Assembly: GCF_009914755.1 (NCBI RefSeq)
Contig: NC_060925.1
Strand: one strand, 5' to 3'
DNA: 64,000 bases
Source of the DNA: the human T2T-CHM13v2.0 reference genome, Homo sapiens
Positions 41,490 to 53,976 of this stretch are shown here, one piece after another. Position numbers and translations under genes: made by a program. The notes beneath the pieces are model-generated. The model saw only the letters and a program-made list of their open reading frames with translations. It was not told the origin of the DNA and ran no database searches. Every line of letters begins with the position of its first letter. The first letter of the stretch is position 1.

Positions 41490-42434
41490 TTAAACATTAC
41501 AGAGAAAGTGCCTATAGATGACATGGTGAAAATGTATGACGGGCTTATGAAGAAATTAGAACACTGTGCATTCTAGAGCAAGGCATCATGTCAGTTAATA
41601 AAATCAAAGAAAAAGTTCTAAGACAAAACTGTTGTCAGTGGAGCAGATGACTGGAGAAAACACTTTTAAAAGCCATCCAGCAGAATGCCTCCTCATCCCT
41701 GGAGGTTCCACTTCCTGCTCCTTCAATTGCTCTAAAGTTTCTTCTCACCTAAAAATGTAGAATACAGTGTACAATAACCTTTTAATCAAAACACAGCTTT
41801 ACAGTTAGAGACTGAAAGCCTGGCTTTGTTGTTGCTGTTGTTTAACAGCTAATACAGGTATTCTGGAGGAGCTACTGTGTCGCTCCGTTACCCTGAACAC
41901 ATTATTTCTTTCACTGTATTAACCCATTTATGCCTGAGGTTGCATTTTTTTGAATTTTTGCACTCAGACCTTGGCAATGACCTTGAGCAGTAGGATATAA
42001 ATAACTCCCACATGCTTAGTGTTCCATTATTGGGTTAATGATAAGTCATAATTTTTGTTATTAAGTACCTATGTGCAAGTAAGTGTAAGAAATTGATTGC
42101 TGATAAGCAGCATATAAGTGCAGAGTCAGGAATGATGTAATGCCAAACAACCACAGATTGTCCACCTGGGTGGCTGAGATAGTGACACTTTTGCTTTCTG
42201 ATGGCTCAATGTACACAAACTTTGTTTCATGCATAAAATTATTAAAAATATTGTATAAAATTGCCATTAAGCTGTATGTATGAGACACATAAGACATAAA
42301 TGAATTTCATGTTTAGACTTGGGGCCCACCCTCAAGATATCTCATTATATATGTCCAAATATTCCAAGAGCTGAAAAATCTCACAGAAACACTTCTGGTC
42401 CCAAGCATTTTGGATAAGGAATACTCAATCTCTA
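41490..42434 (+). mobile_element. Tigger4 (Zombi) 3' fragment
   Basis: Ends acacttctggtcccaagcattttggataaggaatactcaa (Tigger4 3' TIR region); 5' portion absent. Confidence 0.8.
41923..42034 (-). mobile_element. MER85 piggyBac (PGBD3)-derived MITE with one TIR deleted
   Basis: TTAA TSDs (41919-41922, 42035-42038); cccatttatgcctgaggttgc...gaccttgagcagtaggatataaataactcccacatgcttag. Confidence 0.9.
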
Positions 42435-42829
42435 TATATAATCAAGTATTCTATCATTGCAAAACATATTCTGTTAGCCTGTAGATTGTCTTTTTATTCT
42501 CTTTGGAGTGTTTTTTAAGGAGTACAAATTTTAAATTTTGATGAAGTCCAAATTTTTAATTTTTTTTCTTTGGTGAATTGTGTTTTTGATGTCATATCTA
42601 AGAAGGTTTTGCCTAACCCAAAGTCACAAAAGTTTCCTATGTTCTAGAGGTTTCACAGCTTTAGGTTTTAAATTTAAATTCATTTTTGTTTATTGTACAA
42701 ATTATGAATCAAGCTTCATTTTTTGCATACAACTATTCATTTTTTCCAGCACTATTTGCTGAAAAGATCATCCTTTCTCCATAGAATTTCCTTTGTACCT
42801 TCACTAGAAATCAGTTGTCTCTCTCTCTC

Positions 42830-42888
<59 letters not shown>

Positions 42889-42982
42889 TTTATTTCTGGA
42901 CCCTCTATTCTGATCCACTGATTTACTTGCCTATCTTAACACCAATACCATATACTGTTTTGATGACTGTAACTTTATAAGT

Positions 42983-43418
42983 CATTTTTTTAACTTTTAA
43001 GTTCAGGGATACATGTGGAAGTTTGTTACATAGGTACACTCATGTCAGAGGGGTTTGTTGTATAGATTATTTCACCACCCAGGTGTTAAGTCTAATACCC
43101 ATTAGTTGTTTTTCCTGCTCCTCTCCCTTGCCCCACTTTCTACCCTTAGGTAGGCTCCAGTGTGTATTGTTCCCCTCTATGTGTCCATGCGCTCTCCTCA
43201 TTTAGCTCCCACTTATAAGTGAGAACATGAGGTATTTGGTTTTCTGTTCCTGAGTTAGTTTGCTAAGGTTGATGACTTCCAGCTCCATCCATGTTCCTGC
43301 AAAGGACATGATCTCATTCTTCTTATGTCTGCATAGTATTCCATGGTGTGTACGTAGCACATTTTCTTTATCTAGTCTACTATTCATGGGCTTTTGCATT
43401 GGTTCCATGTCTTTGCTG
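42983..43418 (-). mobile_element. Older L1PA (about PA13-16) 3' end
   Basis: ttttaagttcagggatacatgtg...cccacttataagtgagaacatg; TSD tataagtc/tataatgtc. Confidence 0.85.
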
Positions 43419-43469
43419 TATAATGTCTTGAAATCATGTAAGGCTACTCCTCCAACTTTGCTCTTCTAA

Positions 43470-43567
43470 TTTTGTTTATTTTTGAGACAGGGCCTCCCTC
43501 TATTGCCCAGACTGGAGTGAAGTAACATGATCATGGCTCACTGCAGCCTTGACCTCCCAGGCTCAAG
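43470..43567 (-). mobile_element. 5'-truncated AluJ/FRAM right-arm fragment
   Basis: tttgagacagggcctccctc...ctcactgcagccttgacctcccaggctcaag; TSD tttgctcttct. Confidence 0.8.
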
Positions 43568-44100
43568 TTTGCTCTTCTTTTTCAAAGTTGTTTTGGCTAT
43601 TCCAAGTCATTTGCACTTCCATTTGAATTCTATAATCAAATTATTAATTTTCACAAAGCCCTGCTCTGGAAGTCCATCAGGCTCCTCTTGTGTTCCTCCT
43701 CCCTGGTCACACCTGGACTTCCTCAAGGCAATAAGCTCTGGCAATGGCTTCAACTTGCTTGCTTCAGGTGTCACTGTCCCTCATTGCCTGATGTCTAGAA
43801 ACTTCAAAAACTCTTTCACGTATTTTTTTTTCTTTTGTTGTTATTGTTGTTGTTTCAGGCAGGAGGATAAATTCAATCCCTGCTACTCCACCTTCCCTGA
43901 AAGTAGACTCGTGTTCACATTTTTCGAAGTATCCTTATATTTTAGATTAACATATTGAGTGATGTACAGATAAAATGACAAGACATCTGGAATTTGCTTT
44001 AACATACTACTGACATCTGAAAGTGTGGGGGGCCTAGATGAAACACAATTGGCTCCAAGTTGATAACTCTTCATACTGGGTGATGGGTAAAATGGAGATG

Positions 44101-44224
44101 AAAGAAAGAGAGAGAGAGAGAAAGAAAGGAAAGGAAGAAAGAAGGAAGGAAGGAAGGAAAGAAGGAAGGAAGGAAGGAAAGAAGGAAGGAAGGAAGGAAA
44201 GAAGGAAGGAAGGAAGGAAAGAAA
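44101..44224 (+). repeat. (GAAG)n/(GA)n purine microsatellite
   Basis: Direct inspection. Confidence 0.95.
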
Positions 44225-44642
44225 GTTGGTGTGAGCTTAAAATTTTCCATAAAACAGTTTTCAACATAAAGATCTTGATACTACTGCCTAGCTCAAGGGA
44301 TTGTTGTGAGGATTAAATGTGGAATTGTATGTAAATTGCCTAGAACTATGCTTAGAACTTAACGAAGAGTAGCTATTAATACTACATAATTGTATAAAAC
44401 CAACTACCAAATATATATTAAAGAAGTCTGATAAAAATTTCTCCTGAAAAGAGATAACCCTTTAGCTAAGAATGAATGCAGGTCTCTGCTCACCCCCACC
44501 ACCTTCCTATTCCCTCCCGTGGTGCTGTCTTTCTAATGTCACCCTGAGCTCTGGCTGCCTGGCCCAAATAAGTCAACACGTCAGCATCAGGAAAGAGGTA
44601 TTTGGAGAAGGATTAGAGAGACAATTTTAAGCTCATACAAAC

Positions 44643-44859
44643 TTTTCTTCTTTCTCTCTTTATTTCTCCCTCCCTCCCACCCTTCTCCCTTCCCTCCCCT
44701 CTCCTCCCCTTCCCTCCCCTCCCCTCCCCTCCCCTCCCCTCCCCTCCCCTCCCCTCCCCTCCCTTTCCTTTCCTTTCCTTTCCTTTCCTTTCCTTTCCTT
44801 TCCTTTCCTTTCCTTTCCTTTCCTTTCCTTTCCTTTCTTTTCCTTTCCTTTTTTTTTCT
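44643..44859 (+). repeat. (CCCCT)n-(CCTTT)n pyrimidine tract
   Basis: Direct inspection. Confidence 0.95.
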
Positions 44860-47153
44860 GTGCATTAGTTCCTTCAGGGAGTCTCCCAAACCCACCAACA
44901 CTAAATTTGGTACCTTTTCTCTGAATTTTCCTGGCACTCTGTCCCTCCTACTGTCAAAGCACTTAAATAGGGCCTGGTAGCTCTCTAGTTTGGAACCTCT
45001 CTCCCAATTCCTAAGATTTCCTTACATTTGTTTCCATATCCTTAGAGCCCAGCACATAGTAGACACTCAAAGCATGCTCGTGGAGCTGTTTAACTTCATG
45101 GTCCCACCTGCCCATCTTTGCGACCCTCTTCTCTATGTGCTTTGTTTCTTCCTCTGTGGGCTTTGTTCCTGCCTCTGTGGGCTTTGTTCCTGCCTCTGTG
45201 CACAGCCTGCTGGGGTGACGCTTTCCTGTTTGAGAGTCTTGACATTCAGTTTCTGTTTATGTACTTACTCAGGCTCATTATAAGAACTGGCTCTTTTCTT
45301 TTTCAATTAATTGCACTGCCATGAAAACTCTGTCTCTCCAACCCTTCTCCAAATACCTCTTGTTGCTGTGTTGAGTTATTTGAGCCAGGCAGCAAGAGCT
45401 CAGCAAGACAGTAGAAAGACAGAACCAGGAGAGAGAAGAGGAGGGTGCTGGAGATGAACAGAGACTGCAGGGGTCTCCTTTCAGGCTGGTCCAGAGCCCC
45501 ACATCTCTTAGTATGCACTCAAGTAGACCAGGGTGAAAAATTCAATCATGAAAACGAAAGAACTTAGAACCACAAATGTGAGGGCTAGGAGGGGCATCAA
45601 CATAACTGAACCTTTCATACTTGCTCCAATCACCAAACACACATGTGCACACACATGTGCAAATGCACGCACACACATGCACACACCTTGTCAGCTGGAC
45701 TTGTCTCTGAAGTTTCCTTAGGTCATTGTGGAACAAGAGAACAATTTGAAAATCACCGGCCAAGTTGGATATTTTTAATTTGAGGAAAGGCACAGAGATG
45801 TTGAGTCTGGTATCCAAATCTCACAATTTCTGGTTTCTTTTCTTTCCATTAATTAATCTACACTGCCACCTCTGACCAAAACAACAACAACCATGCTCCA
45901 TAGATGTATCTGCATTCTGGATGTCACAGCCATAGAAATCTTCCCAGTGTGAATCAAATATTAGTAGACGTGTTGCTGGAAAAATCACAGCTTTCAAGAA
46001 TGAATCTGAAAGATTTCAAGCTTTTCTCAGAAAGAAAAGGCCGCGTGATATCCAGATTGAGATTATTTGAAAAGCTGAGACTGGGGAGATGAATCTTCTG
46101 CTTGGAAGGCCAGAAAACAACGAAGGCCATTTTGTGTGCCTGAGAGAGAGAGAAAGTGGTTTTACACCACCATCTAGTGGTAGAAAGCAATACTGTCGCT
46201 AAAGCTCAAAAAGGGTTCATGATTTTTTTAATTCAACCGACAAGGATTTATTCTAAAGTCTCTGATTTGTCAGAGCTTATACTAGACACTGGGGATATAG
46301 CAAATGTTAATTACAAAAATCCATATACCAATTTCAGAAATCTCTCTCCCCCTGTTATTCTTACAAGCATCTCTAGTCTGCGGTCTTCACTACCAGGTCC
46401 CTCTCACTCCTGAATCTGTAATCCAAAGTGACCCTCAGACAGCTCAGATACCAGAACATAGAGACCTCTTAAACGCCAAGCTCCTGATGTGGACATTTCT
46501 GGGGAAGGGGAGGCTTTCACAAGTTCTCCTTGAATGATAACCATTCAGTTGCTATCAGTCTGAGAATGCAAATATATGTGCTTTCTTGAGTCTTGGAGAA
46601 TGAGACATCAAGATTCAGGTCATTCTCATGGAATTTTGGAGAAAGATTCTTATGATGGAATAGGACATTATATGATGTCTTGAAGAGGACAGCCTATGAT
46701 GTTCAGGGCTCAAAAAGTATCTGACCTATAATCCAATGACCTATAATCCAATGATGAATTACACACACACAATAAACATAATTTTAATGCATTGTTACAC
46801 TTATTAAAAAGTGAGGGAAAACTTCTGAGGCTCTAAGAGTTAAGTAAATAATAACAGAAGCAATGAACTACAACCTGAGCAGGCAGCCGTAGCAGTAAGC
46901 AAGTGAGCAGAGGAGGGAGTTATATGGTGGGATTGTCTGGAAATAAATACTTACATTGCTGCAATCAGCACCTCCAATATAGGTTATTGGATTCTTACAG
47001 ATTGTATTCCATAAAATATAGCTCATAACGAAAACAGAAAAACCAAAACCAAAGAACACACAAGGAGCACATGAGAGACAGCAGAAATAATACATGAAAG
47101 ATTAGACTTTCAAAGACTTCAGATATTGGAGTGATCCGAAAAAGAATGTGAAA

Positions 47154-48053
47154 TGCAAACCAAAAATAAAATTCTAAGTCCCCCCAACCAACTCAATGGA
47201 CCCCTCCTGTCAGCCAAGGGGATTCCAAAGAAACATAAAATACTAGTTCCAGCCATGATGCGAAGGGCAGGGGAATTGGACATGCCTCATTACACCCTCC
47301 TCTCTTTGGAATTCAGGCACAACTGTCCAGCATTAAAATTAAAACAGAGATCTCAAGACTGACAAAACAGACTCTGGTAACATTAAGATACCAACTTCCA
47401 ACCTGACTCAAGCATAGCATCACATGACAGATAGCAGGGCCTGAAAGAAACAAAAGTATTTTACCCCAAATTATAATTCTTTGCCATATTTTGAAATGGC
47501 CCTGCAAAGCTGTCTCCTGTGGGGAAAATTTACATTCTGCAGAGAATCCCCTTCCCTTTCCAGGTATTTTTCTGACCCTGAAGGGATTAGATGAGAGTTT
47601 AGCATTTTTAAAGGTATGAATAGGAAATATTAGAATATTAGCCATTTATTACTTCTAAGAGCAGCTGCCTATGAGACTTCACCTACATAATAAGAACTGT
47701 GGTCTCCACATCACCTTACGTTAACCCAGACACTCCTTTCTGTTGATTCCAGGTCTTTAGATAATAACTAACTCTTTCAACAACTTGTCAATCAGAAAAT
47801 CTTTGAATTCATCTATGACCTGTAAGCCCCCACTTCAAGTTGTCTCACCTTTCCAGACCAAAGCAATGTATACCTCATATGTATTGATTGATGTCCTGTG
47901 TCTCCCTAAAATGTATAAAACCAACCTGTAACCCAACCACATTGGGCACATGTTCTCAGGACCTCCTGAGGCTGTATCATGGGTCATGGTCTTTGCATTT
48001 GACTTAGAAGAAATCTCTTCAAATATTTTACAGAGTTTGGCTTTTTGTCAACA
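47154..48053 (+). mobile_element. MER4D/MER4D1 (ERV1) solo LTR, 900 bp
   Basis: tgcaaaccaaaaataaaattctaag ... agagtttggctttttgtcaaca; 4-bp TSD GAAA. Confidence 0.88.
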
Positions 48054-48132
48054 GAAACAACCATGTGTAAAAGGTCAAAAGAAATGGAAAAGGAAATTTT
48101 AAAAAAGCAAGAAAAACAGAATGTGAAAACTG

Positions 48133-48258
48133 GGCTGGGCGCAGTGGCTCATGTCTGTAATTCCAGCACTCTGGGAGGCCAAGGTGGGAGGCCTTGAGCC
48201 CAGAAGTTTGAGACCAGCCTAGGCAACATGGTGAGACCCCCATCTCTACAAAAAAAAC
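48133..48258 (+). mobile_element. FLAM_C / AluJ left monomer
   Basis: ggctgggcgcagtggctc...ttgagcccagaagtttgagaccagcctaggcaacatggtgagacccc, A tail. Confidence 0.85.
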
Positions 48259-48952
48259 ACATTCAAAAAATAAATACAAAAGTTTAAAAACCAATATGGC
48301 AGATTTTAGAAAGAACTAAATAAAACTCGTAGATTTCAAATACACACCCGGATCGCAATGGCTGAATGAAACAGCAAATTAAACAAAGATGAAAAGACTA
48401 TTAGAGAGTTGGAAAATTTAACTTGAATAAATTACCTATAACACAGCCCAGAGATATAAAAGGATAGTATATCCAAACAGATGATCAAGATACATAGATG
48501 AGATGATGGAAGCAAATTCTAACGCAACTAATTTGGAGTTACAGGAGTAAAAGTTGGTGCACAAGCAGGAGGAGGGCTTGCAAAGCAGCAGTTAGGAAGG
48601 TAGGGCGAGATGGTGAGCTGAAATGATCATGGTGGTTATGACGATGATAAAAAAACTGAGGATTCTGAGGTTAATAGCCATTTTCACTATTTTTAAAGCA
48701 CATCCCACAAGGAGTAGAGCTGATCAAATGATAAAATGAAAGAAAATACACAAGAGAGTTGCTGCTATTTTTAAACGATGAAACTGAATGAAATGGTCTT
48801 TGGGAGGAAGCAAAAACAAACTTAAAAATATACAATCCATAGTGATGGACTTGGGAACATAGGATCAAGAATGCTTTGTACACTTTCTTCTTTGTTTTCT
48901 AAAATTTCTACAATAAATAGGTAGACAGGGTCTATTGCTTAGGATTGCAAGC

Positions 48953-49918
48953 TGTATTAGGTTTGCATGGGAAGAAAAAAATGATTTCTCTGTACCCTTC
49001 AGGTTCTTTGGCTGAGCCATGAATTAAATTGACATAAGGCATATTAACAGGTGAAAAATAATTTGAATTGTGTATGTATGCACAGGAGTCCCACAAAAAT
49101 ATGAGACTCAAAGAAGAGCTGAATGATTGATGCTTATATATTATGGAATCCTGAGCTACAGACAGAAAGAGGGGTTTGGGGCTCCTAAGGAGTAGTGGGG
49201 ACAAGTTATGGAAGGATGAGGGGGGGAAATGTACAGTGAATAAATGTGGTCTCATTATACAGATAAGGATCTCTCAGGTGGTAAGAGTTGTCTCAGGAGC
49301 AGCTCTTTCCTTAATACAGATATCTTTATTAATAAAAATTTTCCTTAGAGATGCACATTTATTTTACAAAAGGGTAGCTATTCAGAGCGCTCTTGCATCT
49401 AGTTTCTCAAAATAATCTGCTAATAAATAGCATGCCCAAGAGGAATATTTAGGGGTGATTTGTCCTGAGCTCCAACAGTTTTTTAGAGCTACTGTAACAA
49501 AATACCACAAACTGGGTGGCTTAGAACCACGGGCATATTTAATGTCTCACAGTTCTGAAGACTAGAAATCTAAAATCAAGTTGTTGGCAGGGCCACACTC
49601 TCTGTGAAGCCTCTCGGGGAAAATCTGTTCCATGTCTGTCTCCTAGTTTCTGGAGTTACCAGTAATCTTCATCACTCTAACCTCTGCCTCCTGCGTCATT
49701 ACACAGCATCTCCCTGTGTGTCTGGGTCTCTGTGTCTCCTCTCCTCTAACAAGGATACCAGCCTTATTGGATTAGGGACCCACCCTACTCCAGCATGACC
49801 TCATCTTAATTATATGTTAACTTAATTACATTTGCAACAACCTTATTTCCAAATACAGTCATATTTGGAGGTTCTGGGAAGCACATGACTTTTAGGGGAC
49901 ACTATCCAACACAGTACA
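48953..49918 (-). mobile_element. MLT1 (C/B-like) MaLR LTR, interrupted by MER34
   Basis: tgtattag...ctgtaacaaaataccacaaactgggtggctta...gacctcatcttaa...ttatttccaaatacagtc...cagtaca. Confidence 0.8.
48964..49477 (-). mobile_element. MER34-family (ERV1) solo LTR inserted in an MLT1
   Basis: Minus strand starts tgttggagctcaggacaaatcacccctaaatat; splits the MLT1 terminus. Confidence 0.6.
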
Positions 49919-51559
49919 TGGATGTTTGGTTTAAATCTTGGCTCTGCTACCAATTAGCTACGTAAACTTGAACAAGCTAGTGGCTATTTTGAGCACCCTG
50001 TTTTCTTATCTGTAAAGTGAGGACAAGAATACTCACTCCATAGACCTTTTGTGAGGATTACTGTGAAGGGCTGTGCTTGTGCCTATTGCAGAGTAAATAC
50101 TTAGCAGGAGAGAGCTATTATTTTTGTTTTCACTGTCAGAAAAAAATTTTTTTAACAAATTTAAAGACAGAGAAAAAAGAATCACCTTGTCAGTGGACCA
50201 AAACATGCCATTTAAACAAAGCAAGCTTTGGGAAGCACCATGTCAACCTAACATTCGTTTCTCTCTCACATTATATTTAGTACCTAGTAAAAAACCTAAT
50301 TTAGCTCAGGATATACTAGGTTCTAGTTAACTGATTGTTTCTGATGCAGGAGATAACATTTGCATCTATTTCAGTCTCAGGCTAAGAGGCTCAGAAAAGA
50401 TACACAATTTTAGCTAAGAGTACCTGCCTAATCTAAAAGTATCTATTGCTACATTTTTTCATTTTTTTTTTCCTACTCTGCACAAGCTTGACTTTCCAGT
50501 TCATTTTAACTTGATGTCAAGTATATCCAAGGCCTTTTGGTTAAGAGAAGGGAGCCGTATAATCTACTTGACAGAAAATAGCTTCCTTATCAACCTAATT
50601 AAATTTCTCTTCATTAAGGTTGCATATTATGGATTTAAAGATATGTTATCTGGGAAGGTTATGATACTAACTTATAAGAAATTATTAACATTTTAGGATG
50701 TATTATTTTTCCAATAAATTAGACCCTTAAGAGGGCAGTTCTTTCTGAGGTGAGGAAGGAGGTTCAGGAACATTCCAGAGCCTGGTTCACTTCAGGGTAC
50801 ACTTTTTATCTGGGAAAAGGTAGTGAGAGGGTAACTGAGAGCCTCTGAGAGGCAACAGATTTGCCACCTGAGAAAAAAGCCCCTGAGGCAATGACTGTGT
50901 TACTTACATGTGTATAATGTTCCATGTGCTCCTCTGAAAATACCCATGTGGCTTTGTGTACACATATATTTAAAGAATGTGTAAGCAAATATAAGCAGGT
51001 TATGAAACATACACACAAAACAAAAAGAAGTTGGGTGCTGGAGACACCCTGCCAGAGCCCACAGTTAAGCTCCCCACATCCCAGCCTGTGATCTGGGCAA
51101 GTAACAGAAGTTCATTGGGCCGGTTACATCAGAGCCCCTAGGGTTATTTTAAAGATTAACTTTGTTACTATTGTAAAACACGTAGAATATTGCTTTACAC
51201 AATATAGGTTTTTAAAACGTCCTTAGTAATTCGCTTTTTTCTTCCTGCCAAAGACATGAAGATGTTGTGCCTCTATTTGTTCTTCATAATCTCATTATGA
51301 GTTTTGCTTTGGAACAGTAGGTTATAATCACCTGAGGATTCCCTTTTGAGTTGATGAACAGGATGAAGCTAGCCCGTTTCCAGCTGAATCTACATCAAAT
51401 TAAGGAAAGCAAAAATATTTTTTAAAGAACAGACTGATGTTTAGTAATGGAAGCAATAGTATTTTAGTAGTGAAAAAAAAAAAAAAGGCAGTGCCTGCTA
51501 TAAAGACTGACAGCCTGAAAAACCTAGTATGTCTCTGTGGGTGGATGCTAACACAGTTC

Positions 51560-51725
<166 letters not shown>

Positions 51726-52603
51726 TAGTACCAAAGTAAAGAAGATTTTTAAAAAGGCATATTCTGTCTTATTGCCGTTGTTTCTAATCAGGAAGGCAAA
51801 CAATGTAGACAGGAACAAGTTTAACCTTTGGGGGAAGTGTTTGTTTAGTAAATATCACATTGTTTAATCCAAGAAGCCCTTTTCCTTCAATCTGTTAGCA
51901 AACAGAGGCCTCCCTGAAAATCAGTGTTGTGCATCTTAAATAAATATCTTGACTGGACCAGACCAGCTGGGTCTGACCACAAGGGGAAGCATATTCTGAC
52001 ATTAGGCTTTCTCTCATCAACAGGTTGGATGTGATGGGCCATTGAAAAAGGGATGATGGGTCCTTAGGTATAAGGAGCTGATGGGCTTATGGAGAGAGCC
52101 AGATGTGAATGCATTTTGAATGGGCTGATTCCTTGCAATGTATTTTTTTTCAAATTATTCTATTATCATAATGATCACAAGAAACAATGGTAAGTCCCTG
52201 TGTATTTTCAGTCTATATATGCCCTGGGCCCTGTTATTAGCCTCCTCCTTCCCCCAGGATGTGTAGAAACATCAAATAGAGCCTACTAAGTCTCAGACAT
52301 TATTATAAATAGTTGGATACAACAGTGAGGGCCTCTGACCTCATGGAGTTTACAATCTAGAGAGGAAAGGGGGCTACCCTGGTTTAGGTGTCCAGGGAAA
52401 GCATCCCCCGAGAAGTGACCCTTAAGCACAGACATGAATTGGTGATAGAACCATGTGATGAGGGGCTCCAAAGCCAGACTGCTTGAGGTCAAAATCCTGG
52501 TTCTGTGTGAAGTTTCCAGAACTTTCTATGTCTTGACTTTCCTATCTGTAAAATGGAGATGAGAGTAATTGCTTCATGGTGTTGCGAGGATTAAATGGTT
52601 TAG

Positions 52604-53330
52604 CAGTATATCGTCAATCATAAGGCCGTATTTTTTCCCTACATTTTGACATCTCAAGATCAAGAACTTCTTAGAATGAATAGGGCTTACACTCACTGAT
52701 GGGCATGCAGCAGTCCTGATAAAGTGGTTAATGATTGCTTAGGAGCTAAGACAGTTGCTGTCCCAGGTGGCATGACACATTTGCATCTGCTCTGTGCCAC
52801 AAACCATTAAGGACCATTTGAGGAAGAAACATGAAGCCTGATTGTTGGAAAACATTTTGTGTGACACCCTGTAGTCAGATCTAAGATGCTCAAGTATCAA
52901 AACTGGGAAATGGGTGTCAGCAGCTTGGAAGAAAATTCTGGAACTGGAATCCCGGAGTGAAGTATTGGTAAAAAATATGACAGTATGAGTCTCTTCATGG
53001 CTCTGACATCATTATGTAGACAAACCCGGACTTTGGCAATTCTGTCAAAACTGATTGAGAATGGGCAGACTCCAAATGTAAAGAAGGCTTAGAAATTGAT
53101 TAAATAATTTATTTTACTTATATTTTCCTTTTTATGTGTGAACAAGTATGATCTCTAATTTTTAAAATTACATCCAAATAAGGATCATTTTTCAATAAGA
53201 ACAAATAAAAATTCAAAGTGACAAGAAAGCATGGCTCATATTTAATTGGCCACAGTTTTTTTCTTTCTTAGTGGCTCATAAAATAATAATACATCTTACA
53301 AAGGATGCATCTTAGAGTCCATGAAAGGTT
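52604..53330 (+). mobile_element. Kanga2/MER104-like TcMar-Tc2 DNA transposon remnant
   Basis: Transposase relic VPGGMT..L...KP.KDHL; terminal ttctttcttagtggctcataaaataat...catcttagagtccatgaaa. Confidence 0.6.
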
Positions 53331-53930
53331 GGTGAATCTTTTACAACAGTGCCTGGCAGTAGCAAGCTTTTGGTAAACCATTATCAGTATTTCTCGGTTC
53401 TTTTGGGGACAATGGTGCTCACCTCTAAGTTTTACTGCTCAGTGTACATCTCTCACTTTCTAAGCAAATCTCTTCATTAGGCTCTTACTACAATTCATGG
53501 AGAAAGGAATAAGAGCTAGCACAGAGGAGGTGCTCAGTAATTATTTATTGATTAAATGAATGAATGACTAGATTCCTGCTAAGCCCCCTCCTATTTCAGA
53601 GAGCAAGTATAAGAAACTTCCATTGCCTCTCTAAGGACTGTCCTTGTCAGAAGCTACCCTAAAATTGTAGGCCTTTCCTCTCTCCACCCAGCACTCCAAG
53701 TCATAATTTGCTTTCCAGGATGGTGTGTCTCTGCTGTAGCCTGGGATAGAATGGGGCGGCAGAGGTCCCCCTTTACCCCGCTTTGTGCATTGCATGCTCT
53801 CAAAGTCTGGCACATTAAGCTATACAGATATATGCAAATTTATATACTGAAGTCCTGGTATAAATTATAGCTCTGTAAGAATACTCTTCTAGTCGTCTTT
53901 CTCTCCACCTTATCGTCTCATTCTTCACCC

Positions 53931-53931
53931 A

Positions 53932-53963
<32 letters not shown>

Positions 53964-53976
53964 GCACACACACACA
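53931..53976 (+). repeat. (TC)n(CA)n compound microsatellite
   Basis: Direct inspection. Confidence 0.9.

Larger units (their letters stand above)
39810..43640 (-). mobile_element. Old L1M ORF2 fragment hosting nested Tigger3a, TA tract, Tigger4/MER85, L1PA and Alu inserts
   Basis: L1M pieces at 39810-40010, 42435-42982 and 43419-43640 are collinear. Confidence 0.7.

Noticed and set aside
40383-41521. Many overlapping 60-175 aa ORFs rich in Y/I/H/M/C/V
   Set aside because: Artefacts of RY-alternating microsatellite, which rarely produces stop codons
44034-44937. K/E/R/G-rich and F/L/P/S-rich ORFs
   Set aside because: Translations of (GAAG)n and (CCTTT)n/(CCCCT)n microsatellites
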